64,000 bases of DNA. Source: an uncultured Azospirillum sp. (lineage in GTDB: Bacteria > Pseudomonadota > Alphaproteobacteria > RF32 > CAG-239). The stretch covers positions 939 to 64,938 of the forward strand of contig UQAB01000007.1 of assembly GCA_900538765.1 (NCBI GenBank), read 5' to 3'. Shown here piece after piece: positions 35,921 to 45,129 of this stretch. Both the position numbers and the translations under genes were made by a program. Under the pieces are notes generated by a model. The model was not told where the DNA came from. It saw only the letters and a program-made list of their open reading frames with translations, and did no database searches. Each line of letters starts with the position of its first letter. The stretch's first letter is position 1.

Positions 35921-37015
35921 ATGTCAGACATTTCATTAACAGCAAGTATGCGCACTAACCTCTTGTCTTTGCAGAATACGCAAAGTTTGATGGATACGAC
36001 ACAGGAGAGATTATCTACCGGTAAAAAAGTAAACTCGGCGATTGATAACCCGTCATCTTACTATACGGCCCAGAACCTGACCAACCGCGCCAGCGACTTG
36101 GAAGGTCTGCTGGACAGCATGGGACAGGGTATTCAGACCATTAAAGCCGCCAACGAGGGTATTGAGGCAATTACCTCTTTCGTTCAGCAGGCAAAGGCTG
36201 TTGCTAACACCGCCCGTGATACGGCTGCTAAAAGCGAAATTGAAAGTACGGGAACTTACGTTGCCGAAGATGGTAAAATGACCATTAAAGTTGGCGATGA
36301 AACCTTGGATGTAACAGTTGCCAAAGCGACCCAGACGGATATTACAAAGTTGGTAACAGCGATTCAGGGAGCCTCCGATTATGCAAATAAGAGCTTTACT
36401 GTTGAAGCTAACGATGACAGTACCGGCTTGGTTGTCAAGGCTAAAGACGGTAAAGAAATCAACGGTGCCGTTACTATCGAAAACGGCATGGGCTTGTCGA
36501 TTAACGGAAAAATTGATACGGTTTCCCGTAAAACGTCTATTGAACAGTACAATGCCATTCTTTCTCAGATTGACCAGCTGGCATCTGATTCTTCCTACAA
36601 AGGTGTCAACCTGCTGAAAAATGATGACCTGAAAGTTGTTTTCAATGAAGACCGCAGCTCCTTCCTGAACGTTGAAGGCGATGATGCCAGCTCTGCCGGC
36701 TTAGGCTTGGAAGCCGTTGCCGACTGGTCAACCAACGAACTGATTGATGAAACGATTGCCAGCGTTGACGCCGCTATTACGGAACTTCGCAACATGGCTT
36801 CCGAGTTTGGTAACAACTACTCTATCGTTCAGACACGTCAGGACTTCACTGAAAACCTGATGAATGTCTTGACCGAAGGTGCAGACAACCTGACCTTGGC
36901 AGACATGAATGAAGAGTCTGCCAATATGCTGGCTCTGCAGACCAGACAACAGCTCGGTGTCAATGCCTTGAGCCTGGCTTCTCAGTCTGCTCAGTCTGTC
37001 TTGAAATTGTTCTAA
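35921..37015 (+). CDS. fliC: Flagellin paralogue C (364 aa)
   Basis: Near-identical to A in length and central region. N and C termini identical to D. Terminator at 37033-37060. Confidence 0.9.
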   Translation: MSDISLTASMRTNLLSLQNTQSLMDTTQERLSTGKKVNSAIDNPSSYYTAQNLTNRASDLEGLLDSMGQGIQTIKAANEGIEAITSFVQQAKAVANTARDTAAKSEIESTGTYVAEDGKMTIKVGDETLDVTVAKATQTDITKLVTAIQGASDYANKSFTVEANDDSTGLVVKAKDGKEINGAVTIENGMGLSINGKIDTVSRKTSIEQYNAILSQIDQLASDSSYKGVNLLKNDDLKVVFNEDRSSFLNVEGDDASSAGLGLEAVADWSTNELIDETIASVDAAITELRNMASEFGNNYSIVQTRQDFTENLMNVLTEGADNLTLADMNEESANMLALQTRQQLGVNALSLASQSAQSVLKLF

Positions 37016-37183
37016 TTTCAATATGGGGAACAAAAGAGCGGGAAAATCCCGCTCTTTTTTGTCATATAATTTTTAACGAAATATTAAATAAAAAGATAGA
37101 TTCTTAACAAGAATTATGCTAACCTAAATATATCATTAACAGAATGATAATGAATATTAACCACAGTAATTTGGAGAAAGAAA

Positions 37184-38332
37184 ATGTCAGACATTTCATT
37201 AACGGCAAGTATGCGTACAAACCTCTTGTCTTTGCAGAATACGCAAAGTTTGATGGATACAACTCAGGAAAGATTATCTACCGGTAAAAAAGTAAACTCG
37301 GCGATTGATAACCCGTCATCTTACTATACGGCCCAGAACCTGACGAACCGCGCCAGCGACTTGGAAGGTTTGCTGGACAGCATGGGACAGGGTATTCAGA
37401 CCATTAAGGCCGCTAACGAAGGTATTGAGGCAATTACCTCTTTCGTCCAGCAGGCAAAGGCTGTTGCCAATACTGCCCGTGATACGGCTGCTAAAAGCCA
37501 AATTGAATCTACCGGCGCTTTTGTTAACTCGGTTGAAGGTGTTCCGACTGGTACAGCTGCTAAAACAGAAAAAATGACGATTAAAGTCGGTGATGTTACC
37601 TTAAGTTATGATGTCAAAGGCGCAGTCAATAATGCAGGTGCCGATGGTATTGACGAAATTATTGCCGGCTTGACAACAGGAACTAATAAAACGGCTTATG
37701 ATGCAGCTGGTTTTACAATCACGAAAAATACTGCGGGAAATGGTCTTGTCATTAAAGCCAAAGACGGTGCAGAAATCAACGGTGCTGTAACTATTGAAAA
37801 CGGCATGGGAATGTCAATCAATGGCAAAATTGATACGGTTTCCCGTAAAACGTCTATGGAACAGTACAATGCCATTCTTTCTCAGATTGACCAGTTGGCA
37901 TCCGATTCTTCCTACAAAGGTGTCAACCTGCTGAAAAATGATGACCTGAAAGTTGTCTTCAATGAAGACCGCAGCTCCTTCCTGAACGTTGAAGGCGATG
38001 ATGCCAGTTCCGCCGGCTTGGGCCTGACCGCCGTTGCCGACTGGTCAACCAATGAACTAATTGATGAAACGATTGCCAGCGTTGACGCCGCTATTACGGA
38101 ACTTCGCAATATGGCTTCCGAGTTTGGTAACAACTACTCTATCGTTCAGACTCGTCAGGACTTTACTGAAAACCTGATGAACGTATTGACGGAAGGTGCA
38201 GACAACCTGACCTTGGCAGACATGAATGAAGAATCTGCCAATATGCTGGCTCTGCAGACCAGACAGCAGCTCGGCGTCAATGCCTTGAGCCTGGCTTCGC
38301 AGTCTGCTCAGTCTGTCTTGAAATTGTTCTAA
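37184..38332 (+). CDS. fliC: Flagellin paralogue D (382 aa)
   Basis: Termini identical to C, with a central cassette resembling B (VPTG..K.TI.(V/I)GD...SYDVKGA(V/I)N). Terminator at 38352-38377. Confidence 0.9.
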   Translation: MSDISLTASMRTNLLSLQNTQSLMDTTQERLSTGKKVNSAIDNPSSYYTAQNLTNRASDLEGLLDSMGQGIQTIKAANEGIEAITSFVQQAKAVANTARDTAAKSQIESTGAFVNSVEGVPTGTAAKTEKMTIKVGDVTLSYDVKGAVNNAGADGIDEIIAGLTTGTNKTAYDAAGFTITKNTAGNGLVIKAKDGAEINGAVTIENGMGMSINGKIDTVSRKTSMEQYNAILSQIDQLASDSSYKGVNLLKNDDLKVVFNEDRSSFLNVEGDDASSAGLGLTAVADWSTNELIDETIASVDAAITELRNMASEFGNNYSIVQTRQDFTENLMNVLTEGADNLTLADMNEESANMLALQTRQQLGVNALSLASQSAQSVLKLF

Positions 38333-38394
38333 TTTCAATATTAAAGAATGAAAAGAGCGGGATTTTCCCGCTCTTTTGCTGTAATTTAAGTATG

Positions 38395-39180
38395 TCAGGG
38401 TTTAATGATTAGTTGCTCGATATTAAAAGCACGCCCCGTATCGTCAATGTCGACAATAATGCCGTACAGAGTCCCTTTTCCTTTGGAAACCGTCAAACGC
38501 CCGCCGGAATATTTCCGTGCCAGCCGGTTAATCGGTTCATCAATCTCAAATCCCAGAACGGAATCATAATCACCGCACATACCGACATCTGTGATGTAAG
38601 CTGTTCCCTGCCGGAGCAGGCGGTAATCGGCAGTCGGAACGTGCGTATGTGTTCCGGCGACAACGGAAACTTTACCGTCAAGATAATAGCCCATAGCCAG
38701 TTTTTCTGAAGTTGCCTCAGCATGAATGTCAACAAAAATGGCGTCAATATTTTTTCCCAGCGTATAGCTTTTCAACAGCTTGTCGACCGCTTGAATCGGG
38801 CAGTCGACGGCCTCCATAAACAGTCTTCCGAGCAGTTGGACAATCAGAATCTTTTTGCCGTTAGCCAGTATTATTTCTAAAGCGCCGCGTCCCGGCAGCA
38901 TTTCCGGATAGTTAAGCGGCCGGATGATTTGCTTGCAGTCATTGAGAAAGGGAATAAGCTCCCGCTGCTGCCAAACATGATTTCCCGTCACCAGGGCATC
39001 AGCGCCTTTTTCCAAAAATTCCCGGCATATTCCTGGTGTAACGCCAAAACCATGCGCGGCATTTTCAACATTTACGATAAAAACGTCCGGCGCGTATTTT
39101 TTCCTGATATCTGCTATATTGTTCAGAACGGCTTCCCTTCCGGCTCTGCCGACAACATCTCCGCAATATATAAGTCGCAA
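38395..39180 (-). CDS. ymdB: YmdB-like metallophosphoesterase (TIGR00282 family)
   Basis: 261 aa. MRLIYCGDVVGRAGR opening and GNH/GTHTHV metal-ligand motifs. Confidence 0.85.
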   Translation of the reverse strand: MRLIYCGDVVGRAGREAVLNNIADIRKKYAPDVFIVNVENAAHGFGVTPGICREFLEKGADALVTGNHVWQQRELIPFLNDCKQIIRPLNYPEMLPGRGALEIILANGKKILIVQLLGRLFMEAVDCPIQAVDKLLKSYTLGKNIDAIFVDIHAEATSEKLAMGYYLDGKVSVVAGTHTHVPTADYRLLRQGTAYITDVGMCGDYDSVLGFEIDEPINRLARKYSGGRLTVSKGKGTLYGIIVDIDDTGRAFNIEQLIIKP

Positions 39181-39235
39181 ATTTTTTATCCCGTAAAAAA
39201 TAAAATCCCAAACGGGATTTTGTAAAAAAAATTAT

Positions 39236-39408
39236 TAAAAAGCGAGGAGGGCCATCATAGCCGTATAAGTGTATTCAAACACGAACCGCTGTCACTAGGT
39301 GGGCACCATATAAACAAACCACGATTTGCTCAGAGACAGTTCCCTTAATTACAATGTTGGCTCGGCAGACCTACGGAAGCTACGTACAAGACAGCTCCCC
39401 TCTATGCT
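39236..39408 (-). ncRNA. ssrS: Candidate 6S RNA
   Basis: ~170-nt ORF-free stretch immediately downstream of zapA (the position of ssrS in E. coli). The 5' AGC-ata-GAGGGGAGC pairs with the 3' GCCCTCCTCGCT. Further nested stems (CGTAGC/GCTATG, CCGTA/TACGG, GGAACTGTC/GACAG..TTC) flank a large central unpaired region. Ends in a T-run. Confidence 0.55.
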
Positions 39409-39415
39409 TATGATG

Positions 39416-39757
39416 TTACAATGATTCGATTTTATTTGCAACAGATTTTATTTGTTCGGCCAGAAGATTTAGGCGAGAGGCCAGAAAATCGTCGGTTTTG
39501 GCGATTTCTGATTTATCCACAGCGTCCGGATTGCTCACCACAAGCGGATTCCCTTTTTTTAGTTCCGTCAGTTCATCGGCAACCAGCAGCCCGACCATGG
39601 CCAAGAGCATATTCTCGTTAATCTGTCCGCTGGCTTGCGTTAAAAGTTTGGCTTTGTCATCCAAAACCTTGGCTAAATCCAAAATATGCATTTCCTGCCC
39701 GTCTTCGCAGGCGACGGCGTATTCGCGGGAATTAATCGTTATTGTTACCTGGCTCAT
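39416..39757 (-). CDS. zapA: Cell division protein ZapA
   Basis: 113 aa. MSQVTITINSREYAVACEDGQE... is a typical ZapA opening. Confidence 0.85.
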   Translation of the reverse strand: MSQVTITINSREYAVACEDGQEMHILDLAKVLDDKAKLLTQASGQINENMLLAMVGLLVADELTELKKGNPLVVSNPDAVDKSEIAKTDDFLASRLNLLAEQIKSVANKIESL

Positions 39758-40001
39758 CTTTCCTCAACACGTTATTGATTTTGCTGATAATTTCTTCCAT
39801 TTTGCCTAAAGCCTTTGCGGAAGAAGACTTGAGAAGCTCCAGCTCCTTTTGTTTTTGAGCCAGAGAACTGTCTTTGGCCGCCAGCTGTTTTTCAAAGTTT
39901 TTGCTTTGAACCTCAAACGCCGATTCTAATCCGGCAAGCGCATTGTTTATTGCCGTAATCGCGTCATAAGTCTTTGGTAAATATATTTTTTTATCTTCCA
40001 T
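39732..40001 (-). CDS. Small coiled-coil protein (DUF4164-like) upstream of zapA
   Basis: Start moved to ATG 40001 (AAGGAAG SD upstream; track start 40058). Alphaproteobacterial zapA is typically preceded by such a coiled-coil gene. Confidence 0.55.
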   Translation of the reverse strand: MEDKKIYLPKTYDAITAINNALAGLESAFEVQSKNFEKQLAAKDSSLAQKQKELELLKSSSAKALGKMEEIISKINNVLRKDEPGNNND

Positions 40002-40090
40002 ACGGATTTTGCTTCCTTTTAGAGGATTAATGACATATATTAATGCATAATACGACATTAACTTTAATTTTCAAGTTGCAAACCCTGATT

Positions 40091-40636
40091 ATGCCAAAAT
40101 TTATTTTATATATAAACGCCGTATCGCCTTTGTCCCTTGCCGACAGTGATGTCGAGTGCTTTTTGCTGGAAACTTCCCTGCCGGAAGAATTCATAACACA
40201 ATTTGCCGCCCGTGCCGCCGGACAGAATAAAATCGTCTTGCTCAACGGCGAAAAGTCAGCGGCGTTGTCAGCCAGGCTAAAACTTGACGGTGCTGTTATA
40301 GACGTCAGCAGTTCGGAAAATCCAGTCAGGGATTTTGAACATCAGAGAAAATTATGCGCTAAAGGCGCAGTTGTCGGAGCCATAAGCCGCAACCGCCGTC
40401 ATGAAGCCATGCTCCTGAGCGAATGTGAGCCGGATTTTGTTATTTTCAAAATCTGGTCGGCGGGAGAAGAGGGAACACGCCGGCTTGTCAAATGGTATAA
40501 TGACCTTTTTCTTATCCAGTCGGCGGTGTTTTGTCAGGAAGATTCGGTGAATGTCGAGGGATATGAAACGGATATTGTAATATTAAATGAAAATTTATAT
40601 AAAATTTTTGTTGCCAAAAAAGCAAGATTAGATTAA
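40091..40636 (+). CDS. ThiE/TenI-superfamily (thiamine phosphate synthase-like) protein
   Basis: Start probably MPKFILYI (40091). The pattern LDGAVIDV...VVGAISRNRRHEAMLLSECEPDFVIF resembles the TMP-synthase TIM-barrel core. Weak call. Confidence 0.45.
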   Translation: MPKFILYINAVSPLSLADSDVECFLLETSLPEEFITQFAARAAGQNKIVLLNGEKSAALSARLKLDGAVIDVSSSENPVRDFEHQRKLCAKGAVVGAISRNRRHEAMLLSECEPDFVIFKIWSAGEEGTRRLVKWYNDLFLIQSAVFCQEDSVNVEGYETDIVILNENLYKIFVAKKARLD

Positions 40637-40682
40637 TTTGTCAAAAAAATCACAATTAACATCGTAAATATGGAGATTTAAT

Positions 40683-41246
40683 ATGAAACAGTTAGCAGGA
40701 TCAATCAGAATTGGCTGGGTAATTGAATATAAGGGAAAACCCTGGACCATTGTTAAAGCTCAGCATATCAAACCGGGTAAAGGCGGCGCTTTTATGCAGG
40801 TTGAAATGAAAGCCGTTGAAGAAGGGACAAAAACCAACGAACGTTTCAGAACGGAAGATACTGTTGAAAAATTAATGGTTGAGGAAAGAGATTGCCAGTT
40901 CCTGTTTGAAGATGGTACCGGCCTGACTTTCATGGACAGCGAAACTTTTGACCAGTTTACACTCCCTGCTGACGTTTTGGGTGATTCCCGTCCGTTTATG
41001 ACTGACGGCATGGCTGTTTTGATCAGCTTTATTGATGGTAAGCCGATTTCTGTTGAATTGCCGCTGCAGGTAACCTGCACCGTTTCCGAAACGGAACCTG
41101 TCGTTAAAGGGCAGACGGCTGCATCTTCCTATAAACCGGCGATTTTGGACAATGGCGTCCGCGTTATGGTTCCGCCGTTTATTGGTGTCGGCGATAAAAT
41201 TGTTGTCGGTACGGCAGAAGCCAATTATGTCGAAAGAGCAAAATAA
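40683..41246 (+). CDS. efp: Elongation factor P
   Basis: 187 aa. KPGKGGAFMQVEMK loop and typical length. Confidence 0.95.
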   Translation: MKQLAGSIRIGWVIEYKGKPWTIVKAQHIKPGKGGAFMQVEMKAVEEGTKTNERFRTEDTVEKLMVEERDCQFLFEDGTGLTFMDSETFDQFTLPADVLGDSRPFMTDGMAVLISFIDGKPISVELPLQVTCTVSETEPVVKGQTAASSYKPAILDNGVRVMVPPFIGVGDKIVVGTAEANYVERAK

Positions 41247-42052
41247 TGTCATATCTTTCCCCAAATTTAACTAATCTGATTGCTGCCGTTAAAAAGGCTG
41301 CAGCTTCGCTTGACCGCGATTTTGGCGAGATTGAAAAGCTGCAGTCTTCGGTCAGGGATTATAAAAACTTTGTCATGAACGGGTATAACAAGGCCGAACG
41401 GACATTGAAAACGGAGCTTTCCAAAATCCGTCCGACTTACGTTTTTGCCGAAGATGGCAAACCGCGCCCGCAGGGGGGGTATTTTGTAATTTCTCCGGTC
41501 AGCGGCATGACCAATTTCATTCACGGCATTCCGTATTTTTCAATGACTGTCGCCATGTGCGAAAATGACGCGGTATTGGCCGCCGTCGTTTACAATCCGG
41601 CGCGTGACGAAATGTTTTTTGCCGAAAAAGGGATGGGAGCCTATAAAGAAGGATATCGCAGCCATGAGCGTTTGCGCGTTTCTGCCCGTAAGGAGCTGAG
41701 CGAAGCGGTAATTGCGTCTGAAGTGTCTTATCATGGCGAAAATTTTGCTGAATATTCCGTCATGCACAATAAGCTTGCCGCAGTAACAAACGGTTTCCGT
41801 TCTTTAGGTGATCCTGCTTTGGAATTAGCCTGGGTGGCAGCCGGAAAATTAGATGCGTTTGTGTCTTATGCCGGGCAGCCGTCGGATATTACCGCCGGAA
41901 TGCTGCTGGTTAAAGAAGCCGGCGGATATATCTTTGATATTAACCAGAAAGATATCCGTACGGAAGATTTGCCCGCTGTAATTTCTTCCGGAGATATCAT
42001 GGCTGTTAATGCAAATTTAAGCAACAGGCTGTATGATTTGTTAAATAAGTAA
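41246..42052 (+). CDS. suhB: Inositol monophosphatase family protein (SuhB-like)
   Basis: 268 aa. ISPVSGMTNFIHGIPYF (DP(I/L)DGT-type region, degenerate) and WDxAAG-like DITAGMLLVKEAGG. Confidence 0.8.
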   Translation: MSYLSPNLTNLIAAVKKAAASLDRDFGEIEKLQSSVRDYKNFVMNGYNKAERTLKTELSKIRPTYVFAEDGKPRPQGGYFVISPVSGMTNFIHGIPYFSMTVAMCENDAVLAAVVYNPARDEMFFAEKGMGAYKEGYRSHERLRVSARKELSEAVIASEVSYHGENFAEYSVMHNKLAAVTNGFRSLGDPALELAWVAAGKLDAFVSYAGQPSDITAGMLLVKEAGGYIFDINQKDIRTEDLPAVISSGDIMAVNANLSNRLYDLLNK

Positions 42053-42078
42053 TCATTTAACATATTGAGGAAAAAGAG

Positions 42079-42993
42079 ATGAAGTTCAGATTGTTGTTGT
42101 CTTTGTCAGTATTGGGGATGGTCGGAGCCGGTATGGTCGGTTCAGCCTGTGCCGAAGATGATGTGTATGTTGACCTCTCTGTTTTAAACAGCCTGCAGGC
42201 CGCAGCACCGGCAGCTGTTGTTCAGCCTCTTTTTCCCGATGTTAAAAATGCGCCTGCACCAAAGAAGCCCCGGGCGGTAAAACGCAAAAAAGCAGAAAAG
42301 CGGCAAGAGGTAAAGCTCCAGAAAGTTAAGGCAGAAGCAAAGAAGGCTGAAGACAAAGTTGAGGTGAAAGCCGAAGCTGCGCCGCAGCCGGATAAAACGG
42401 AAACGCCTGTAACAGAAACAGTGCCTGCCGCTGATGGTGCCAAAAATAATCTGGATACCCTGCGTCAGGCAATTGCCGAAAATTCCATTCGCAAAGAACC
42501 TGGTGCTACGGAAACATCTGCAGTTAAAACGGCTGTTTCGGCAGAAATGCCGGCTGACGCATCTCTTCCGGTCGGAACAGCGGTTGTTCCGGTGGAAAAT
42601 ACGGCTGTTGTCGTCGATGATAAAAGCGGGGAAAGCTTGTCCGAGGTTTTGAATAATAATGTGCCGGAAGAAACGCCGCCGGAACCTGAAAAAGTAAGTA
42701 ATGCCATTAAGTTTGACGCGGAATCCGCAGAACTGACCGAGGCGGACAAGCAGCAGATTGATGCCATTATGGCCGGTTTTGAAGATGCCGTAAATCACAA
42801 GGTTGCCATTACCGCTTATAACCTGGATGACGGCAAGGAAGTTTTTTACCGCAAAAAACAGAGTTTGGATCGGGCAATTGCCATACGTTCATATCTTTTG
42901 AGTAAAGGGTATAAAAATTACAGCATTAAAGTGATTAACATTCCGGCCGGCGATGAACGGGTCAATACGGTTGATGTTGTCGAATTGCGTTGA
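42079..42993 (+). CDS. Secreted OmpA-C-like domain protein with a charged, Ala/Lys/Glu-rich linker
   Basis: 304 aa. Signal peptide, and a C-terminal ~100 aa resembling an OmpA/MotB peptidoglycan-binding fold (SLDRAIAIRSYLLSKG). Confidence 0.6.
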   Translation: MKFRLLLSLSVLGMVGAGMVGSACAEDDVYVDLSVLNSLQAAAPAAVVQPLFPDVKNAPAPKKPRAVKRKKAEKRQEVKLQKVKAEAKKAEDKVEVKAEAAPQPDKTETPVTETVPAADGAKNNLDTLRQAIAENSIRKEPGATETSAVKTAVSAEMPADASLPVGTAVVPVENTAVVVDDKSGESLSEVLNNNVPEETPPEPEKVSNAIKFDAESAELTEADKQQIDAIMAGFEDAVNHKVAITAYNLDDGKEVFYRKKQSLDRAIAIRSYLLSKGYKNYSIKVINIPAGDERVNTVDVVELR

Positions 42994-43107
42994 TTTTTGT
43001 AAAAAAAATTAAAAAAATGTAAATTAATGCTTGCGTTATTCAAATGTCTAATGTATAAAAGCACTAAATTTGTATGTAAGTTTGTAAAAGTTTTGGAGAA
43101 ATAAAAG

Positions 43108-43341
43108 ATGAAAAACGGTATTCATCCTGATTATCATGAAATTACTTATGTAATGACAGATGGTACAGAAGTTAAAACAAAGTCTACCTGGGGCAAAGCC
43201 GGAGACAGAATGAACCTTGAAATTGATCCGAAGTCTCATCCGGCTTGGACAGGTGTTCATCGTATGGTTGATACGGGCGGACAGGTTTCCAAATTTAACA
43301 ATAAATTTGGTGCATTTGTTAAAAAGTCTGGTGCCAACTAG
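43108..43341 (+). CDS. rpmE: 50S ribosomal protein L31
   Basis: 77 aa. [21 protein letters not shown]. Confidence 0.95.
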   Translation: MKNGIHPDYHEITYVMTDGTEVKTKSTWGKAGDRMNLEIDPKSHPAWTGVHRMVDTGGQVSKFNNKFGAFVKKSGAN

Positions 43342-43385
43342 TTTTGCATTAATAATTTATGCTTTTTTAACCCGGGTTTGTTATT

Positions 43386-45056
43386 ATGAACCCGGGTTTA
43401 TTTTATTCTGACGAGATGAAAATGGTAGATATTACGCACTATGAAGTTTATACGGATCGGGGGGATGGCTGGAAACTGGAAGAACGTTTTCCGGTAGAAC
43501 AGCGTATGAATGCAATTAAATATGCCCGTGAGAAAGAGAGCGAAAATATCTCGGTTAAACTGATTTGTGAAAAGTTTGACGTGCTGGATAACAGCTATCA
43601 GGAAAGTACGGAATTTGTCAGTCTGGCACAAAAGAAGAAAAGCGGTAATGTAAACCGGGGAAAAGGAGATTTTTTTGCAGCGGAAGAAGCTGCTTCCGGT
43701 GGAAAAAATACGGTTTATGATGCTGTCAGCGAAGCGGATAATTCTATCGGCGCTGTTGTCAAAGCCTTATTGAAATTATGTCTGATTGTCGTGTTCAGCT
43801 TGCTGTTTGCGCATTTTGTCGTTAATTTGAGTATTCCGCTTCTGGAGGAATATCTGCCGGAAGAGTCTTCCAAAACATTATTGTTTCTGTTCTTTTTCAG
43901 TCTTTTCTTATTGACGGCCACGCCGTTGATTTTGAAAAAAATTCCGTTGGATGTCTTTGGTTTTCGCCGTAGCCGCAAAATCAAGCCTATACCGGAACGA
44001 AAGTTTATCCGTAAGGCGCAGAATATCTTCCGCCTCTACAATATTAATGAAAACCTTGATCCCGGCGTCATCCCGACTTATCCCGAGGCCGACTTGGAGG
44101 ATAAGCATTATATTGTTGATTTTTTGAGCAACGTCATTGCCAATTTAGACAGCAATACATCTTTGAACGATGATTTTAACCGCTTTGGCGTAAAGTTGGT
44201 AATATTCGGCGGTTGTATGGAACTGGCCCGTTTTCGGCGGTTGAATATTGCGCAAGCCAACTCACTGTTGAATGAGGCATTTAGCATTCTTGATGGCAAA
44301 AATTATGAAGTTGCCGAATTTTATGAGGCAAAACGCAGCTATCAGGATAACCGTGTCGCTGTTTTTCTGACCGGGGTCGGCGCCTATCTGATGTATCAGC
44401 TGATTCGCGGTGAGAATTTAGATAAAAATATTTTGCGCCTGACTTTTTATAAATGGCGTCAGCAAAATATTCTACAGCGTCCGGATCCTGTTGCCGTTAT
44501 TGAAAAAACAACGCCGGAAGCAGATAAAACGGACAAAGCGGCCGTTAAAGAGCGCCCGGTTTATAAAGGCTGCCTTGTCAATATATATACCAGAATATTG
44601 TTTAACGATTCTGCGCCGGGAGATTTTCGGCAAAAGGAAGACGAAGTCAGAAATTCTGTTCGTAATATTATTTTTAATCTTCTGGGTAAATTTAATGGTT
44701 CCGAGCCGTCAGATAACGGAAGTTTTGAAAGTATTCAGTTTTCCAACATCAAACAGGCTCTGCGCTTTGCCGTTGAATTTTTGAACGATTCGGAAACTTA
44801 TGTTGACGAATTGAATGATGAGAATCTGATTGTTGCCCATAAACTTAATATAATCACCGGGCATATGGATGACGTTGAAGAAAAATCGGATTATATTCTT
44901 GATTTGTTCGACAATACCTATGACGGTGAAATCTTGGTCGACGATGAATTTTACCGTGCGGTGGGTGAAAGTCATTACAAATTTGATTTCTTGGGGGATA
45001 AAACGATGCAGAGAAGCGGAAAGTCCATGCCTATTTACAAACTTATGAGCAATTAA
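43386..45056 (+). CDS. Hypothetical membrane protein (two central TM helices)
   Basis: 556-aa ORF. Start may be the MKMVDITHYEVY Met. No recognisable domain. Confidence 0.6.
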   Translation: MNPGLFYSDEMKMVDITHYEVYTDRGDGWKLEERFPVEQRMNAIKYAREKESENISVKLICEKFDVLDNSYQESTEFVSLAQKKKSGNVNRGKGDFFAAEEAASGGKNTVYDAVSEADNSIGAVVKALLKLCLIVVFSLLFAHFVVNLSIPLLEEYLPEESSKTLLFLFFFSLFLLTATPLILKKIPLDVFGFRRSRKIKPIPERKFIRKAQNIFRLYNINENLDPGVIPTYPEADLEDKHYIVDFLSNVIANLDSNTSLNDDFNRFGVKLVIFGGCMELARFRRLNIAQANSLLNEAFSILDGKNYEVAEFYEAKRSYQDNRVAVFLTGVGAYLMYQLIRGENLDKNILRLTFYKWRQQNILQRPDPVAVIEKTTPEADKTDKAAVKERPVYKGCLVNIYTRILFNDSAPGDFRQKEDEVRNSVRNIIFNLLGKFNGSEPSDNGSFESIQFSNIKQALRFAVEFLNDSETYVDELNDENLIVAHKLNIITGHMDDVEEKSDYILDLFDNTYDGEILVDDEFYRAVGESHYKFDFLGDKTMQRSGKSMPIYKLMSN

Positions 45057-45129
45057 ACAAGTTTTCTTGCACATTTCTGCAAATTATGATAAACTAAAAA
45101 AGTACTTAAAGTTTAATGAGGGCACAAAT

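Noticed and set aside
37116-37150. TAAA-N15-ATGATAAT upstream of flagellin D resembles a sigma-28 promoter (TAAA-N15-GCCGATAA).
   Set aside because: The -35 TAAA is not found at the equivalent position upstream of flagellins A, B or C, and the -10 match is weak. I report only the conserved boxes, without assigning a sigma factor.
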